Source: a virus
Virus record (IMG/VR): IMGVR_UViG_3300032296_002019
Location: 35,489-99,488 of that record
DNA: 64,000 bases
Strand: one strand, 5' to 3'
A program made the position numbers and the translations under genes. This document shows positions 16,486 through 25,682 of the stretch, piece by piece. A model generated the notes under the pieces. It was not told the origin of the DNA. It made no database searches and saw nothing but the letters and a program-made list of their open reading frames with translations. Every line of letters begins with the position of its first letter. Position 1 is the stretch's first letter.

Positions 16486-17916
16486 TTACAAAGATATATA
16501 ATGTTTTAATGTTTTTAAAGGCCTTTCTTCTATTTTTCTAATCTTGTATTTTTTCTTAGGTTTAAAAACTTCCAGAGTTTCATTTACTGTATCTATAAAA
16601 GTATTTGACATAGCTTCAGCTGTCATCATAGATTCTTTAGATGTAACCCACTCTCTTCCTAACCCACCTCTTCTATCTCTCTCATCTTGTCCTAAATTAT
16701 ACACATCTAAGATAGCTTTAGCGACATCTCTAAAATCAGCTCTGTCATCTGATATATAAGGGGTGGGAGGAGATCCTTGAATGCTTATACCAGATGGGAA
16801 TACAGGAATGGCCCAATCTCCACATTTCTTATGTCTTCCTAAATGGTTAGTGCAGAAAGACTCATCAAATTTAATCCACTCTCCATTCTCATCCTCAAAT
16901 CTCATTTGATCTTGCATACCCCCTGTTACAGTAGCTATGATCATTTTTCCACACATCATAGATTCTGTTAATGATAATCCCCATCCTTCGTTAGAAGATA
17001 CCAGAATTGTAGCATCAATAGAATTGTACAGCAGGTTCATCTTTTCCGCACTAAGACCTAAATTAGAAAATATAACCTGATTTTTTCTTTCTCCTAAGAA
17101 CAATTCTATTACTACTGGTAGATCTGTTCCGTTATCATCTACTTTATGAGTATGCAATACTAAACAGCATTTATCTGCTTTTTCTTTAGGGAGCTTATCT
17201 AAGAAGAACCTAAAAGCTAAAATAGTATCCGGTATAGATTTTCTTCTTATGTTCCTACTATTGAAAAATAAAACAAAATCATAATCTTTCTTTCCAAGAA
17301 GTTCAGATCTAAATTCTTTTACTCTATCGTCATTTTTATCTATAGGGAAAAAGATATTATGATTTATACCATGAGGAAAATACTTAATAATTTTCTCATC
17401 AGCATAATCTCCCAAAACTACCTTGTTAAGTATTTCTGTTTGTTTTGAGATAGCTAAAAGAGTATCACAAGATCTATAGAAATTTTTATTGTATAAAGGA
17501 GCTGGTTCACAATCCCAGATGTTTATATAAATCATTGGAATTTTTTGCCTTATCTCATGCTCTATTCTAAACAACCAATCATAATATCTTGGATCTGTTA
17601 TAAAAACTATAGCATCTGGATTCTCTAACTGTAGTAGGTACCTTATCATAGCTGGATTGCCATATCCGTTAGTTGGATACAATACTACGGAGGAATCAGG
17701 AATACCTGCTATTTCATTTGTCGATTGGGACAAATCCATCCTTGTATTCTTTTCTGGATGTTCTATAGCCCCTCCTATACAAACGTAGTTAAATACATGT
17801 GAAGTTCCTAATACTATCTCCCTAGATACTGTAGCAATCCCTGAAAAAAACCTGATGTCATCTCCTATGAAAAGGATCTTTTTTCTGTCTTCTCTTTTTA
17901 TATAACCTGGCTTCAT
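16486..17916 (-). CDS. GT4-family glycosyltransferase
   Basis: SGIATV, PHGIN, RNIRRK, SSNEGWGLSLTESMMCGK. Confidence 0.9.
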   Translation of the reverse strand: MKPGYIKREDRKKILFIGDDIRFFSGIATVSREIVLGTSHVFNYVCIGGAIEHPEKNTRMDLSQSTNEIAGIPDSSVVLYPTNGYGNPAMIRYLLQLENPDAIVFITDPRYYDWLFRIEHEIRQKIPMIYINIWDCEPAPLYNKNFYRSCDTLLAISKQTEILNKVVLGDYADEKIIKYFPHGINHNIFFPIDKNDDRVKEFRSELLGKKDYDFVLFFNSRNIRRKSIPDTILAFRFFLDKLPKEKADKCCLVLHTHKVDDNGTDLPVVIELFLGERKNQVIFSNLGLSAEKMNLLYNSIDATILVSSNEGWGLSLTESMMCGKMIIATVTGGMQDQMRFEDENGEWIKFDESFCTNHLGRHKKCGDWAIPVFPSGISIQGSPPTPYISDDRADFRDVAKAILDVYNLGQDERDRRGGLGREWVTSKESMMTAEAMSNTFIDTVNETLEVFKPKKKYKIRKIEERPLKTLKHYISL

Positions 17917-17939
17917 TGTAACGATTTGTTTTTTATTTT

Positions 17940-18134
17940 TTAAAGACTTCCGCTTGTTGCTAGTTTATTGTAAGTCAACATTTTAACTTGAAATTCCGGA
18001 TCCGTAAGATATAAGTGGATGGTTCTGTTTACAAATTTCTGTAATGATAACCCTGTCCTAGCACTTTCTACCTTGAAATTTTCAGATAGATCTTTGTGTA
18101 TTTTAACACTTGTCAATTTTAATTTATCTTTCAT
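17940..18134 (-). CDS. small ribbon-helix-helix-like DNA-binding protein
   Basis: Probable start MKDKLKLTSVKIHKDL at 18134; strand-helix-helix pattern; TATTTATA motifs at 18137-18144 and 18161-18168 upstream. Confidence 0.6.
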   Translation of the reverse strand: MKDKLKLTSVKIHKDLSENFKVESARTGLSLQKFVNRTIHLYLTDPEFQVKMLTYNKLATSGSL

Positions 18135-18192
18135 ACTATAAATAATATATAATTTGTATATATAAATATACAGTATTTGGGAAAAAATAAGA

Positions 18193-19137
18193 TTAAATAG
18201 TATTTTTTTTATCACAAAGATCGGGTCTATCTTTAAAAGGACAGAACCTACAGTTATTATTTGAAAATACTTTTGTATGGATCTTTTCTTTGGCAGTACC
18301 GTCTACATTAAAACATTCTTTTATAAAGTTAATTAGACGTTGTTCTGCTTGATGCACCTTACTTTTTCCATTAGCAGGCTCATGAACTTGGATTCTAGAC
18401 TGAGGGAAGTCCGCATTTTCATACAGCTTTCTCTTCAATATCCTAAATCTAGGAACAATCTTGGACTCATCCACTCCAAACTGTTTAGAAAAAAACTTTT
18501 TATATAAGAGAATCTGAGATTGTTTAATCTCATCTTTCTTCTCGTAATCCTTCCAGCCTTTAGTAGATGTCTTAAAATCTTCTATAAAAATAGTCCCTTC
18601 AGTTTTATCTTTTAAAACTAAGTCCACATATCCCTGGAATAAAAATACATCTTCTGTATCTCTTATTTCTGTTAAAATAGGGATTTCCATGCCCAATAAC
18701 TCAAGATCTCTGGTAGAGAAGTATGCTACTCTTTTCTTCTTAAAATGATCTAGGATTTGAATTCCGTCTTCATAGAACTCTGCCATCTCTTCTTTAGTAG
18801 AAAAATGGTTTCCTCCATTATTAGAAACTTCTTTAACGTACTCATCTCTGAATACCTTCTCAAAATGTTTCTCCATATCAAAAGCATCTGAAGCTTTTAC
18901 AGATTCTTTGAATAGGATTTCCAGGTACTTCTGTAGGGTCTCATGTATGGCGGTTCCAAAAACAGTATTTATACTTGCTGTAAATAAGTAATTACCCTTA
19001 GCATAAGTCATATACCATCTATGAGGACAAGACTCATAAACAGAGTATTGAGAGAAGGATATTTGTTTTTGCCCTTCTCTCTTTTCTTTTCTTATCTTAG
19101 GAGATATACTTTCTGATAAAGCGATTGCTTCTTTCAT
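18193..19137 (-). CDS. PD-(D/E)XK (RecB/Cas4-like) nuclease
   Basis: SFSQY..CP, FGTAIHE, GYVDLV..IEDFKT, C-terminal CRFCPF..C. Confidence 0.88.
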   Translation of the reverse strand: MKEAIALSESISPKIRKEKREGQKQISFSQYSVYESCPHRWYMTYAKGNYLFTASINTVFGTAIHETLQKYLEILFKESVKASDAFDMEKHFEKVFRDEYVKEVSNNGGNHFSTKEEMAEFYEDGIQILDHFKKKRVAYFSTRDLELLGMEIPILTEIRDTEDVFLFQGYVDLVLKDKTEGTIFIEDFKTSTKGWKDYEKKDEIKQSQILLYKKFFSKQFGVDESKIVPRFRILKRKLYENADFPQSRIQVHEPANGKSKVHQAEQRLINFIKECFNVDGTAKEKIHTKVFSNNNCRFCPFKDRPDLCDKKNTI

Positions 19138-19331
19138 TTTATTTTAGATACTAGTACTTCTATTTCATCAATAGTTTCCGAGATTTTACGTAACAGGTAA
19201 TCAAATTGAGATTGAGAGTTTTCATTTTCCAAATCCCCCTGAATTGTGAGAGCCTCCATTTGAAGTTGGTAATCTTCTAATCTTTTTTGACACCTTTCAA
19301 TTTCTTCATTCAATTCTTTTTCTGAGCTCAT
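19134..19331 (-). CDS. small coiled-coil hypothetical protein
   Basis: 65-aa ORF with 4-nt overlaps to both neighbours. Confidence 0.55.
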   Translation of the reverse strand: MSSEKELNEEIERCQKRLEDYQLQMEALTIQGDLENENSQSQFDYLLRKISETIDEIEVLVSKIK

Positions 19332-19579
19332 TCTGTATCAGTTTTTTCATCTGCTATTCCAAATGGAAGAAAATCTTTATTTACATGTTGACACTTTACA
19401 CAATAGAAAGTGGGGACCGGAATAACTTGATCTTTATCGCTAGAAGAAGCTACTAAAAACTTGGACACCCTCCTAAGGAGCAATCCTTCAGTAAAGATGT
19501 TACTTCCACAATTTTCACAGATAATACCTGTTGTCTGATCAAATCTTACGTTTGCTAATGGATTTTGTTGCTGTTGCAT
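19328..19579 (-). CDS. zinc-ribbon hypothetical protein
   Basis: CENC...CVKC. Confidence 0.7.
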   Translation of the reverse strand: MQQQQNPLANVRFDQTTGIICENCGSNIFTEGLLLRRVSKFLVASSSDKDQVIPVPTFYCVKCQHVNKDFLPFGIADEKTDTE

Positions 19580-19592
19580 ATTTTATTTTTTA

Positions 19593-21245
19593 TTACATGA
19601 ATTGACTATAATCTATATCTTCTTTTTTATCTTCTCCTACAAAGTAAACTGTAGATTCAGTAGTTAGGATAGTTCCTGCTACGCTTGCAGCATTCTCTAT
19701 GGCTGTCCTAGTAATTTTTGTAGGATCCAGAATACCGCTAACCAAGAAGTCTTCTACTTCACCATTCTTAGCATTATAACCAACCCACTCAGAATTTTCT
19801 TCTTCACTAGCTCTTTTATCTACCTTACCGAGAATCTCATAAACATTCTCTATACCAGCATTAGATAAAATCTTTTTGAATGGTGCAGACAATGCCTTCT
19901 CTACTATCTTAACTCCCAACTCTTGATCATCGTTATCACATTCAAGATATGCGTCTTTAACAAAATCCTTACAGTTAATTAAAGCCATACCACCACCAGG
20001 TACAATACCTTGATCTAAGGCTGCTTTAGTAGCGTGTAAAGCGTCATCAACTCTATCCTTCTTCTCCTTCATCTCTACTTCACTAAGGCCTCCTACATTG
20101 ATTATAGCCACCCCTCCTGTGAGTTTAGATAATCTCTCTTGTAATTTCTCTACTTCGAAGTTAGATTTAGCTATCTCAATCTGAGCTTTTAGATCAGACA
20201 ATCTTTGTTCTATCTTTTCTATATCTCCTTTTCCGTCAATGATAGTAGTGTCTTTACTTGTGATATTGGTAACACGGGCTTTTCCAAATGCAGCCTTAAA
20301 CTCATCAGCTTTCATTTTATCTACCTTGTGACCTTTAGTAGGAGATATGACAGTACCGCCAGTCAAGATAGCAATATCTTCTAGAATAGCTGTTCTTCTA
20401 TCTCCAAAGTCTGGTGCTTTTACCGCACATACTTTTATAGTATTGTTAGCTTTATTAACTACCAACAGTGCCAACGCTTCGTTCTCAATATCCTCTGCAA
20501 TGATCAATAGAGGCAAGTTTTCAGAATGTGCAGCTTGAAGCAGCGGAAGAACGTGTGCTGTAGTGCTGAGCCTTCCATCATATAAAAAGATAAGAGGCTT
20601 TTCAAAAACAGTTTGCATTGCTGTGTTGTCTGTTACAAAGTATGGGGACTTATACCCACGCTCAAACATCATACCCTCAACAACTTCTAAAGTAGTTTCC
20701 CCAGTCTTAGATTCTTCTATTGCCACTACACCGTCTGTTCCTACTTTATCTAAAGCAGTAGCAATCAAAGTACCAATCTCAGAATCATTGTTGGCTGATA
20801 TTGTTGCTACTTGTTTTATTTGATCTTCTGATGATATATCTTTTGATATTGACTTAAGACCTTCTACAACTTTAGCAACTCCTCTATCTATTCCCTTCTT
20901 TACTTCAACTGCATTGGAGCCTTGAGTAATTGCTTTCATTCCATCATTGATCATTACAGTTGCCAACAATGTAGAAGTGGTAGTACCGTCACCAGCTTTA
21001 TCGGCTGACTTTATAGATACCTGTTTTACCATTTGTGCGCCAATATCTTCTACAGGATCTTCTAATTTAGAGAAAGCCTTAGCCACTGTTACACCATCTT
21101 TAGTAACCTTAATTGAACCGTCAGCATCTCTGATTATAACATTTCTACCAGCAGGTCCAAGTGTGGATGATACACTATCATTAATCTTATTGATTCCGCC
21201 TAATAACTTTTTCTTTAACTCTGTTCCGAACTCTGTCTTTATCAT
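19593..21245 (-). CDS. groEL: chaperonin GroEL
   Basis: TLGPAGRNV, VTKDGVTVAK, AGDGTTTST, KAPDFGDRR, GIVPGGG. Confidence 0.97.
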   Translation of the reverse strand: MIKTEFGTELKKKLLGGINKINDSVSSTLGPAGRNVIIRDADGSIKVTKDGVTVAKAFSKLEDPVEDIGAQMVKQVSIKSADKAGDGTTTSTLLATVMINDGMKAITQGSNAVEVKKGIDRGVAKVVEGLKSISKDISSEDQIKQVATISANNDSEIGTLIATALDKVGTDGVVAIEESKTGETTLEVVEGMMFERGYKSPYFVTDNTAMQTVFEKPLIFLYDGRLSTTAHVLPLLQAAHSENLPLLIIAEDIENEALALLVVNKANNTIKVCAVKAPDFGDRRTAILEDIAILTGGTVISPTKGHKVDKMKADEFKAAFGKARVTNITSKDTTIIDGKGDIEKIEQRLSDLKAQIEIAKSNFEVEKLQERLSKLTGGVAIINVGGLSEVEMKEKKDRVDDALHATKAALDQGIVPGGGMALINCKDFVKDAYLECDNDDQELGVKIVEKALSAPFKKILSNAGIENVYEILGKVDKRASEEENSEWVGYNAKNGEVEDFLVSGILDPTKITRTAIENAASVAGTILTTESTVYFVGEDKKEDIDYSQFM

Positions 21246-21248
21246 ATA

Positions 21249-21545
21249 TTAACCTTTTACAATTGAAAGAATCTCTACTTCTCTACAAACATAATACTCT
21301 TCCTCATCAACGATGATTTGAGTTACTACGGCTTTAGGTACAATTACCACATCTCCTACTTCTACTTTCATAGGATAGTAATTTCCCATGTGTGGATTGA
21401 ACATACCTTCTCCACGATCTACTACTTCAAAATAATTTGATTTTTCTCTACCAGTGTCAGGGACTATAATCCCCCCTACCATTTTGTCTTCTGCGTCTAT
21501 CTTTTTTAAGATGACTTTGTCATGTAATGCAACTAATGTACTCAT
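21249..21545 (-). CDS. groES: co-chaperonin GroES
   Basis: LHDKVILK, mobile loop VGGIIVPDT, VEVGDVV, REVEILSIV; directly upstream of groEL. Confidence 0.92.
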   Translation of the reverse strand: MSTLVALHDKVILKKIDAEDKMVGGIIVPDTGREKSNYFEVVDRGEGMFNPHMGNYYPMKVEVGDVVIVPKAVVTQIIVDEEEYYVCREVEILSIVKG

Positions 21546-22195
21546 AATTTATTTTTGTTATTTTTACAGTTATTAAAATGGTACTTTATCATACCAGATG
21601 CTCCCCCTATTAATAAACAGTGCGGGCATTGTATTTTTCTTTGAGGCGAATGTACTCTATTTTTATGAGACTCTTTCATTTTTTTTATGGATTCCTCAGA
21701 ATGTTTTTTTCCGTACAAAGGATGCTTTTCTCCAGCTTGAACACCTTTAGTAGCTTTGGAAGCTTTTATTTTACTATCTGGTTTTTTCCAATATTCTTTT
21801 AGGCTATTAGACAATTTTTTTAAAACCTCAGGATTACCCATCGCTTTTCTAGTTTTTTCACTTATCTCTTTTATTTTCTCCTTTGTGTGTTTATAACCAC
21901 TTTCAACCCCTCTAGTACCAGATAACCTTTCATTTACTAGATTCCCAGTTCCATGTTTTATGGTTCCGTATTTCTTTATATACACTTCTTCTAGTCGCAG
22001 TGATTCTTCTCTTGTCAAATTTTGTGCCAAAATATCCACTTCAAAACCTCCACACTTTTTTACTATGTCTAACCAATTGGTATTTCTCCTATTATTAATA
22101 CTTTCATAGGCTCTTTTTAGAGTACCTTGTCCCACATAAAATACTTCGTTAGTATCTTTTCTTCTATGTTGATACACCACATAATCGTTATTCAT
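21542..22195 (-). CDS. free-standing GIY-YIG homing endonuclease with NUMOD3 repeats
   Basis: YVVYQH..FYVGQG..R; E..YI..YG..LVN; GYKHTKE and HPLYGKKHSEESIKKM; likely start at 22195 with TATTTATA at 22207-22214. Confidence 0.85.
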   Translation of the reverse strand: MNNDYVVYQHRRKDTNEVFYVGQGTLKRAYESINNRRNTNWLDIVKKCGGFEVDILAQNLTREESLRLEEVYIKKYGTIKHGTGNLVNERLSGTRGVESGYKHTKEKIKEISEKTRKAMGNPEVLKKLSNSLKEYWKKPDSKIKASKATKGVQAGEKHPLYGKKHSEESIKKMKESHKNRVHSPQRKIQCPHCLLIGGASGMIKYHFNNCKNNKNKL

Positions 22196-22255
22196 AATAT
22201 TTTTATTATAAATAGTGAAAATTTGTGCATGCCCTTCTATCAAATATTGTGTTTT

Positions 22256-24562
22256 CTAATGGCCGTCCCTTAGGTTATGTGCCAAAGCAGGAGGAGCTAC
22301 TAAATCTAATGACAACTTGGTAGTATTTTCCATTTTGTCTTGAACAATCTTAGAAGCTTCTTCCACTATACCCTCTTCCACTTCTATAACCAATTGGTCA
22401 TGAATCTGCGCCACCACCTGTCCTTTCATTCCTCTTTTTTTAAATTCCCTGTTTATTTCAATAGCGGCACGATTTACTATAGAAGCTGCTAAACTCTGGA
22501 TTTGATAGTTCATTCCGTTGTTTAATCCATTCTTGTAATCTCTCACCATATTTAACACAGTATCTTTATCTAGCTGATCTTCTAGTTTCTTCTGAAACTT
22601 CCACTCTAATAGCTTGTCTCCAAACTTTTCATAAAGATATGAAACTTTTGGCAAATGGCGAATTCTTCCTACTTGTGTTTTTATATATCCATTTTTTTTA
22701 ACAAATTCTTTAGATGTTTCCATCCACTTTTTAAGATTAGGGAATCCATCTAAGTATCCATCTATAAGCTTCTCTGCATCTTCTGTAGACACGTCTATGC
22801 TCTTTCCTAGTGCGTAAGCTCCCATCCCATATGGAATACCTAAAGAATATGCTTTAGCCTTCTGTCTAACGTTATTAGCCATCTTCTTTAGATAATTGGG
22901 GGCTTTTTTATCTGGAGAATACTGGTCTAGCTTTTCTGTTTTTATTGCAATGGTAGAATAGAAATCCCATCCATTTCTAAAAATATCTTTCAATCCCTCA
23001 TCATCTGCCACATGAGAAAATACTTTTGGCTCTAGAGACTCATAATCACAATCTATAAAAATATTACCTGGTTTAGATATAAAGAATCCTCTAATCATGT
23101 TGGTATACTTTATGACTATAGGATCATCTTCGCCATCTTCTTTAGGCCTCGGTAACTGTTGTGCATCTGACCCATACCTGCCTGATACGGTAGCATGTTG
23201 CTTATAATAGAAATAATATAACCCATCCTCTACTTTATCTAAAAATCTATCCATATAGGTAGATTTTATCTTAAGAAGTTTATTGTAGATTCTTAGATTC
23301 TTAGCCCACTCGTGTTTGTCAGATATAGATTGAATAAACTCATCATCAAACTTATCTTTCCCCTTATCTGTGGTAGATATCGGCTTCATCCCTAGTACTT
23401 CAAAAGCAATACTACCCATGTGATCTTTTGACTGTATATTGAAGTATTCTGATTCCTGACTCTCTTTCCACAATCCCATGCTAATTTTTATAGCCGCTTT
23501 CTCATCTAGTTGATCTATATTTCCAGTTGTCAAGTATTCCTTGACAGTTGAATCCGGTAACTCACTTATATTTTTAGCAGTTATAGAGTATTTACCAGAT
23601 TTCTCAGAAACAGGTAGCGGTAAATTATAATACTCTACTAATCTTTGAGCATAGGTACCTTTATTGCTAGGCGGGAACTTCTCTAAAGACTTATCAACAA
23701 TCCACTCTTTTACTGCTGGATTTTTTAATAGTTCTGATATAACTAGCTTTTTATATGATTCTAGATCAGCTATTATCTCTTCTCTGGCCTTATTCATTAA
23801 ATCTACGTCTACCATAACTCCATTACTCTCCATTGGGATAGTAACTTCTTTATATAGAGGCATTACTTCGTCTTCGAAGAAGAATTTTTCCAGTCCCTCC
23901 CTTACAAGCTTTTCATAGTAATAGTTGTATACTCTAAGAGTTAAATCAGTATCCGCACAAGCATACTTAGATAGTATTGGGAGATCGGCTTTCCATATCT
24001 CATAGTTCTCTTTTGTAGTAGTGCCTCCATTAGATTTTATAGATTCTTTTAGGAGAACCTGTTCTTCGTTAGCCTCCTTCTCCATATCCAAACCTAATTC
24101 AGCTTGAATAGCTATCGCTATGTCCTTCAATCCAAATGATCCTCCGAATCCTTCCCCAGCGCCTTCTTCAGATACAGTGTGAACAAGCAATATAGTATCT
24201 GCATGTATGTGTGGAGTTATGTCTATTCCGTAAAAACACTTAACGAATCTAGAATCAAACGATAAGTTGTGGCCTATTATCTTTTTACTACAGAGAAGAG
24301 ATATAACTTTCTTAGCCAATTCATGACAGCTTTCTCCGTATATATTACTTTCAACAAGCTCTCCGTCTTTGTATATCATTGTGGGCATGTAGTACCCTAC
24401 CCCTACTTCTCCTGAAACTGATAGCCCTATTACACTTCCCTTTCTAGGATTTAAAGATGTGGTTTCAGTATCAAAAGCAATTATATCGTTTGCTTTTATA
24501 TGCCTAACCATCTCCCTCAAAGTATCCGGAGTGTCTACCGTTATGTACTTTTTGTCTTGCAT
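22256..24562 (-). CDS. polA: family A DNA polymerase with 3'-5' exonuclease domain
   Basis: AFDTET, GHNLSFD, YACADT; SGRYGS, DYESLEPK, RQKAKAYSLGIPYG, NYQIQ, QIHDQL. Confidence 0.95.
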   Translation of the reverse strand: MQDKKYITVDTPDTLREMVRHIKANDIIAFDTETTSLNPRKGSVIGLSVSGEVGVGYYMPTMIYKDGELVESNIYGESCHELAKKVISLLCSKKIIGHNLSFDSRFVKCFYGIDITPHIHADTILLVHTVSEEGAGEGFGGSFGLKDIAIAIQAELGLDMEKEANEEQVLLKESIKSNGGTTTKENYEIWKADLPILSKYACADTDLTLRVYNYYYEKLVREGLEKFFFEDEVMPLYKEVTIPMESNGVMVDVDLMNKAREEIIADLESYKKLVISELLKNPAVKEWIVDKSLEKFPPSNKGTYAQRLVEYYNLPLPVSEKSGKYSITAKNISELPDSTVKEYLTTGNIDQLDEKAAIKISMGLWKESQESEYFNIQSKDHMGSIAFEVLGMKPISTTDKGKDKFDDEFIQSISDKHEWAKNLRIYNKLLKIKSTYMDRFLDKVEDGLYYFYYKQHATVSGRYGSDAQQLPRPKEDGEDDPIVIKYTNMIRGFFISKPGNIFIDCDYESLEPKVFSHVADDEGLKDIFRNGWDFYSTIAIKTEKLDQYSPDKKAPNYLKKMANNVRQKAKAYSLGIPYGMGAYALGKSIDVSTEDAEKLIDGYLDGFPNLKKWMETSKEFVKKNGYIKTQVGRIRHLPKVSYLYEKFGDKLLEWKFQKKLEDQLDKDTVLNMVRDYKNGLNNGMNYQIQSLAASIVNRAAIEINREFKKRGMKGQVVAQIHDQLVIEVEEGIVEEASKIVQDKMENTTKLSLDLVAPPALAHNLRDGH

Positions 24563-24583
24563 TTCATAACCTTTATTTTAATT

Positions 24584-25030
24584 TTACAATCCAGTACTAC
24601 CGAAACCGCCCAGACCTCTATCAGTTTCGGACAGCTCTTGCGTCTCATAGAATATAGGCCTTTGAGGCAGTTTCATTAGTACTCCTTGGGCTATCCTCTG
24701 CCCTGTTGTATAAGTAAAAACATAATTTCCATGATTAATAAGTACAACTTTTATCTCTCCTCTATAATCTGAATCTACTGTACCTGGAGAATTTAAAACT
24801 GTTATACCGTTTTTTAAAGCTAGTCCACTTCTAGGCCTTATCTGTAACTCATATCCTTCCGGGATTTCCATAGCCAACCCAGTACTAATACATTGTATTT
24901 GTCCTGGCTGAACAGATCCACCATGACAAGATCTCAAATCAAATCCAGCAGATCCTGATGTTTCATAAGAAGGAACTGTTGCGTTTTCATTTAATCTCTT
25001 TATGCGGACTGTTGTAATCTTTGTATCCAT
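24584..25030 (-). CDS. dut: dUTPase (trimeric)
   Basis: [34 protein letters not shown]. Confidence 0.97.
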   Translation of the reverse strand: MDTKITTVRIKRLNENATVPSYETSGSAGFDLRSCHGGSVQPGQIQCISTGLAMEIPEGYELQIRPRSGLALKNGITVLNSPGTVDSDYRGEIKVVLINHGNYVFTYTTGQRIAQGVLMKLPQRPIFYETQELSETDRGLGGFGSTGL

Positions 25031-25033
25031 AAA

Positions 25034-25261
25034 TTAGTTTTGAATTTCACAATCACACAACAGCTCTAGCATCAAATCTTCAAATACATCAGGTTCTTGT
25101 ACTTCACGAAATCTTTCTTTCATAAAAGATGTATAAGGATGGGGAGGTTCCACTTCATATAAGAATATTCCATTTTTAATATCCCTAATTGTGTAATACT
25201 GTCCTTGTTCTATAACCCCAGGATGTCCTACTATGCACTCAACAATAGATCCTATTTTCAT
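25034..25261 (-). CDS. hypothetical protein
   Basis: 75-aa ORF in operon. Confidence 0.6.
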   Translation of the reverse strand: MKIGSIVECIVGHPGVIEQGQYYTIRDIKNGIFLYEVEPPHPYTSFMKERFREVQEPDVFEDLMLELLCDCEIQN

Positions 25262-25482
25262 ACTTTCTCAATTTTTTCTTTTAATTCTTTTAGTTCTTCT
25301 TTTAACTTACCAGATAAAATAGTCAACTCTTCAATCTCCTGTCTCTGAACTTCAACAACTGCATTTATAATTACAGCATTTTTAAGAAACTCTGTGTTGA
25401 CTTGCATCTGTTTTTCTCTGGAATAAAATAAGTACCCCATCCCTAATAGATTCAGTACCAGAAAGATTATGTATACGGTCAT
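25258..25482 (-). CDS. small membrane-anchored coiled-coil protein
   Basis: N-terminal TM, C-terminal coiled coil. Confidence 0.6.
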   Translation of the reverse strand: MTVYIIFLVLNLLGMGYLFYSREKQMQVNTEFLKNAVIINAVVEVQRQEIEELTILSGKLKEELKELKEKIEKV

Positions 25483-25508
25483 TTTTGTTATTTGAACAAA
25501 TATACAAA

Positions 25509-25682
25509 TTATTGTTTTACTTCCAAATTTTTATTTCCTTTTACCCATTTTGGAATATAAGGACATTCTTTGCATTTAGCACCGCAACAAACCATTCTTC
25601 GAGAAAGGTAGAGAGCGGTGAATACTATGTACCCAGTCCGCTCATCTATGTAGTAATCTTTACCTTCCTCTAAGTTCTTCAT
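25509..25682 (-). CDS. small Cys-rich protein (DUF5522-like)
   Basis: DYYID..GYIVFTALYL.RR..CCGAKCKECPY; start at 25682 overlaps the RNR stop. Confidence 0.75.
   Translation of the reverse strand: MKNLEEGKDYYIDERTGYIVFTALYLSRRMVCCGAKCKECPYIPKWVKGNKNLEVKQ

Noticed and set aside
18193-19137. Cas4-like nuclease as evidence of CRISPR-Cas
   Set aside because: No array or other cas genes; solo PD-(D/E)XK nucleases are routine in phage replication modules
24541-24567. 8-codon uORF (MKCKTKST) overlapping the polA start
   Set aside because: Easily arises by chance in AT-rich DNA; no supporting evidence
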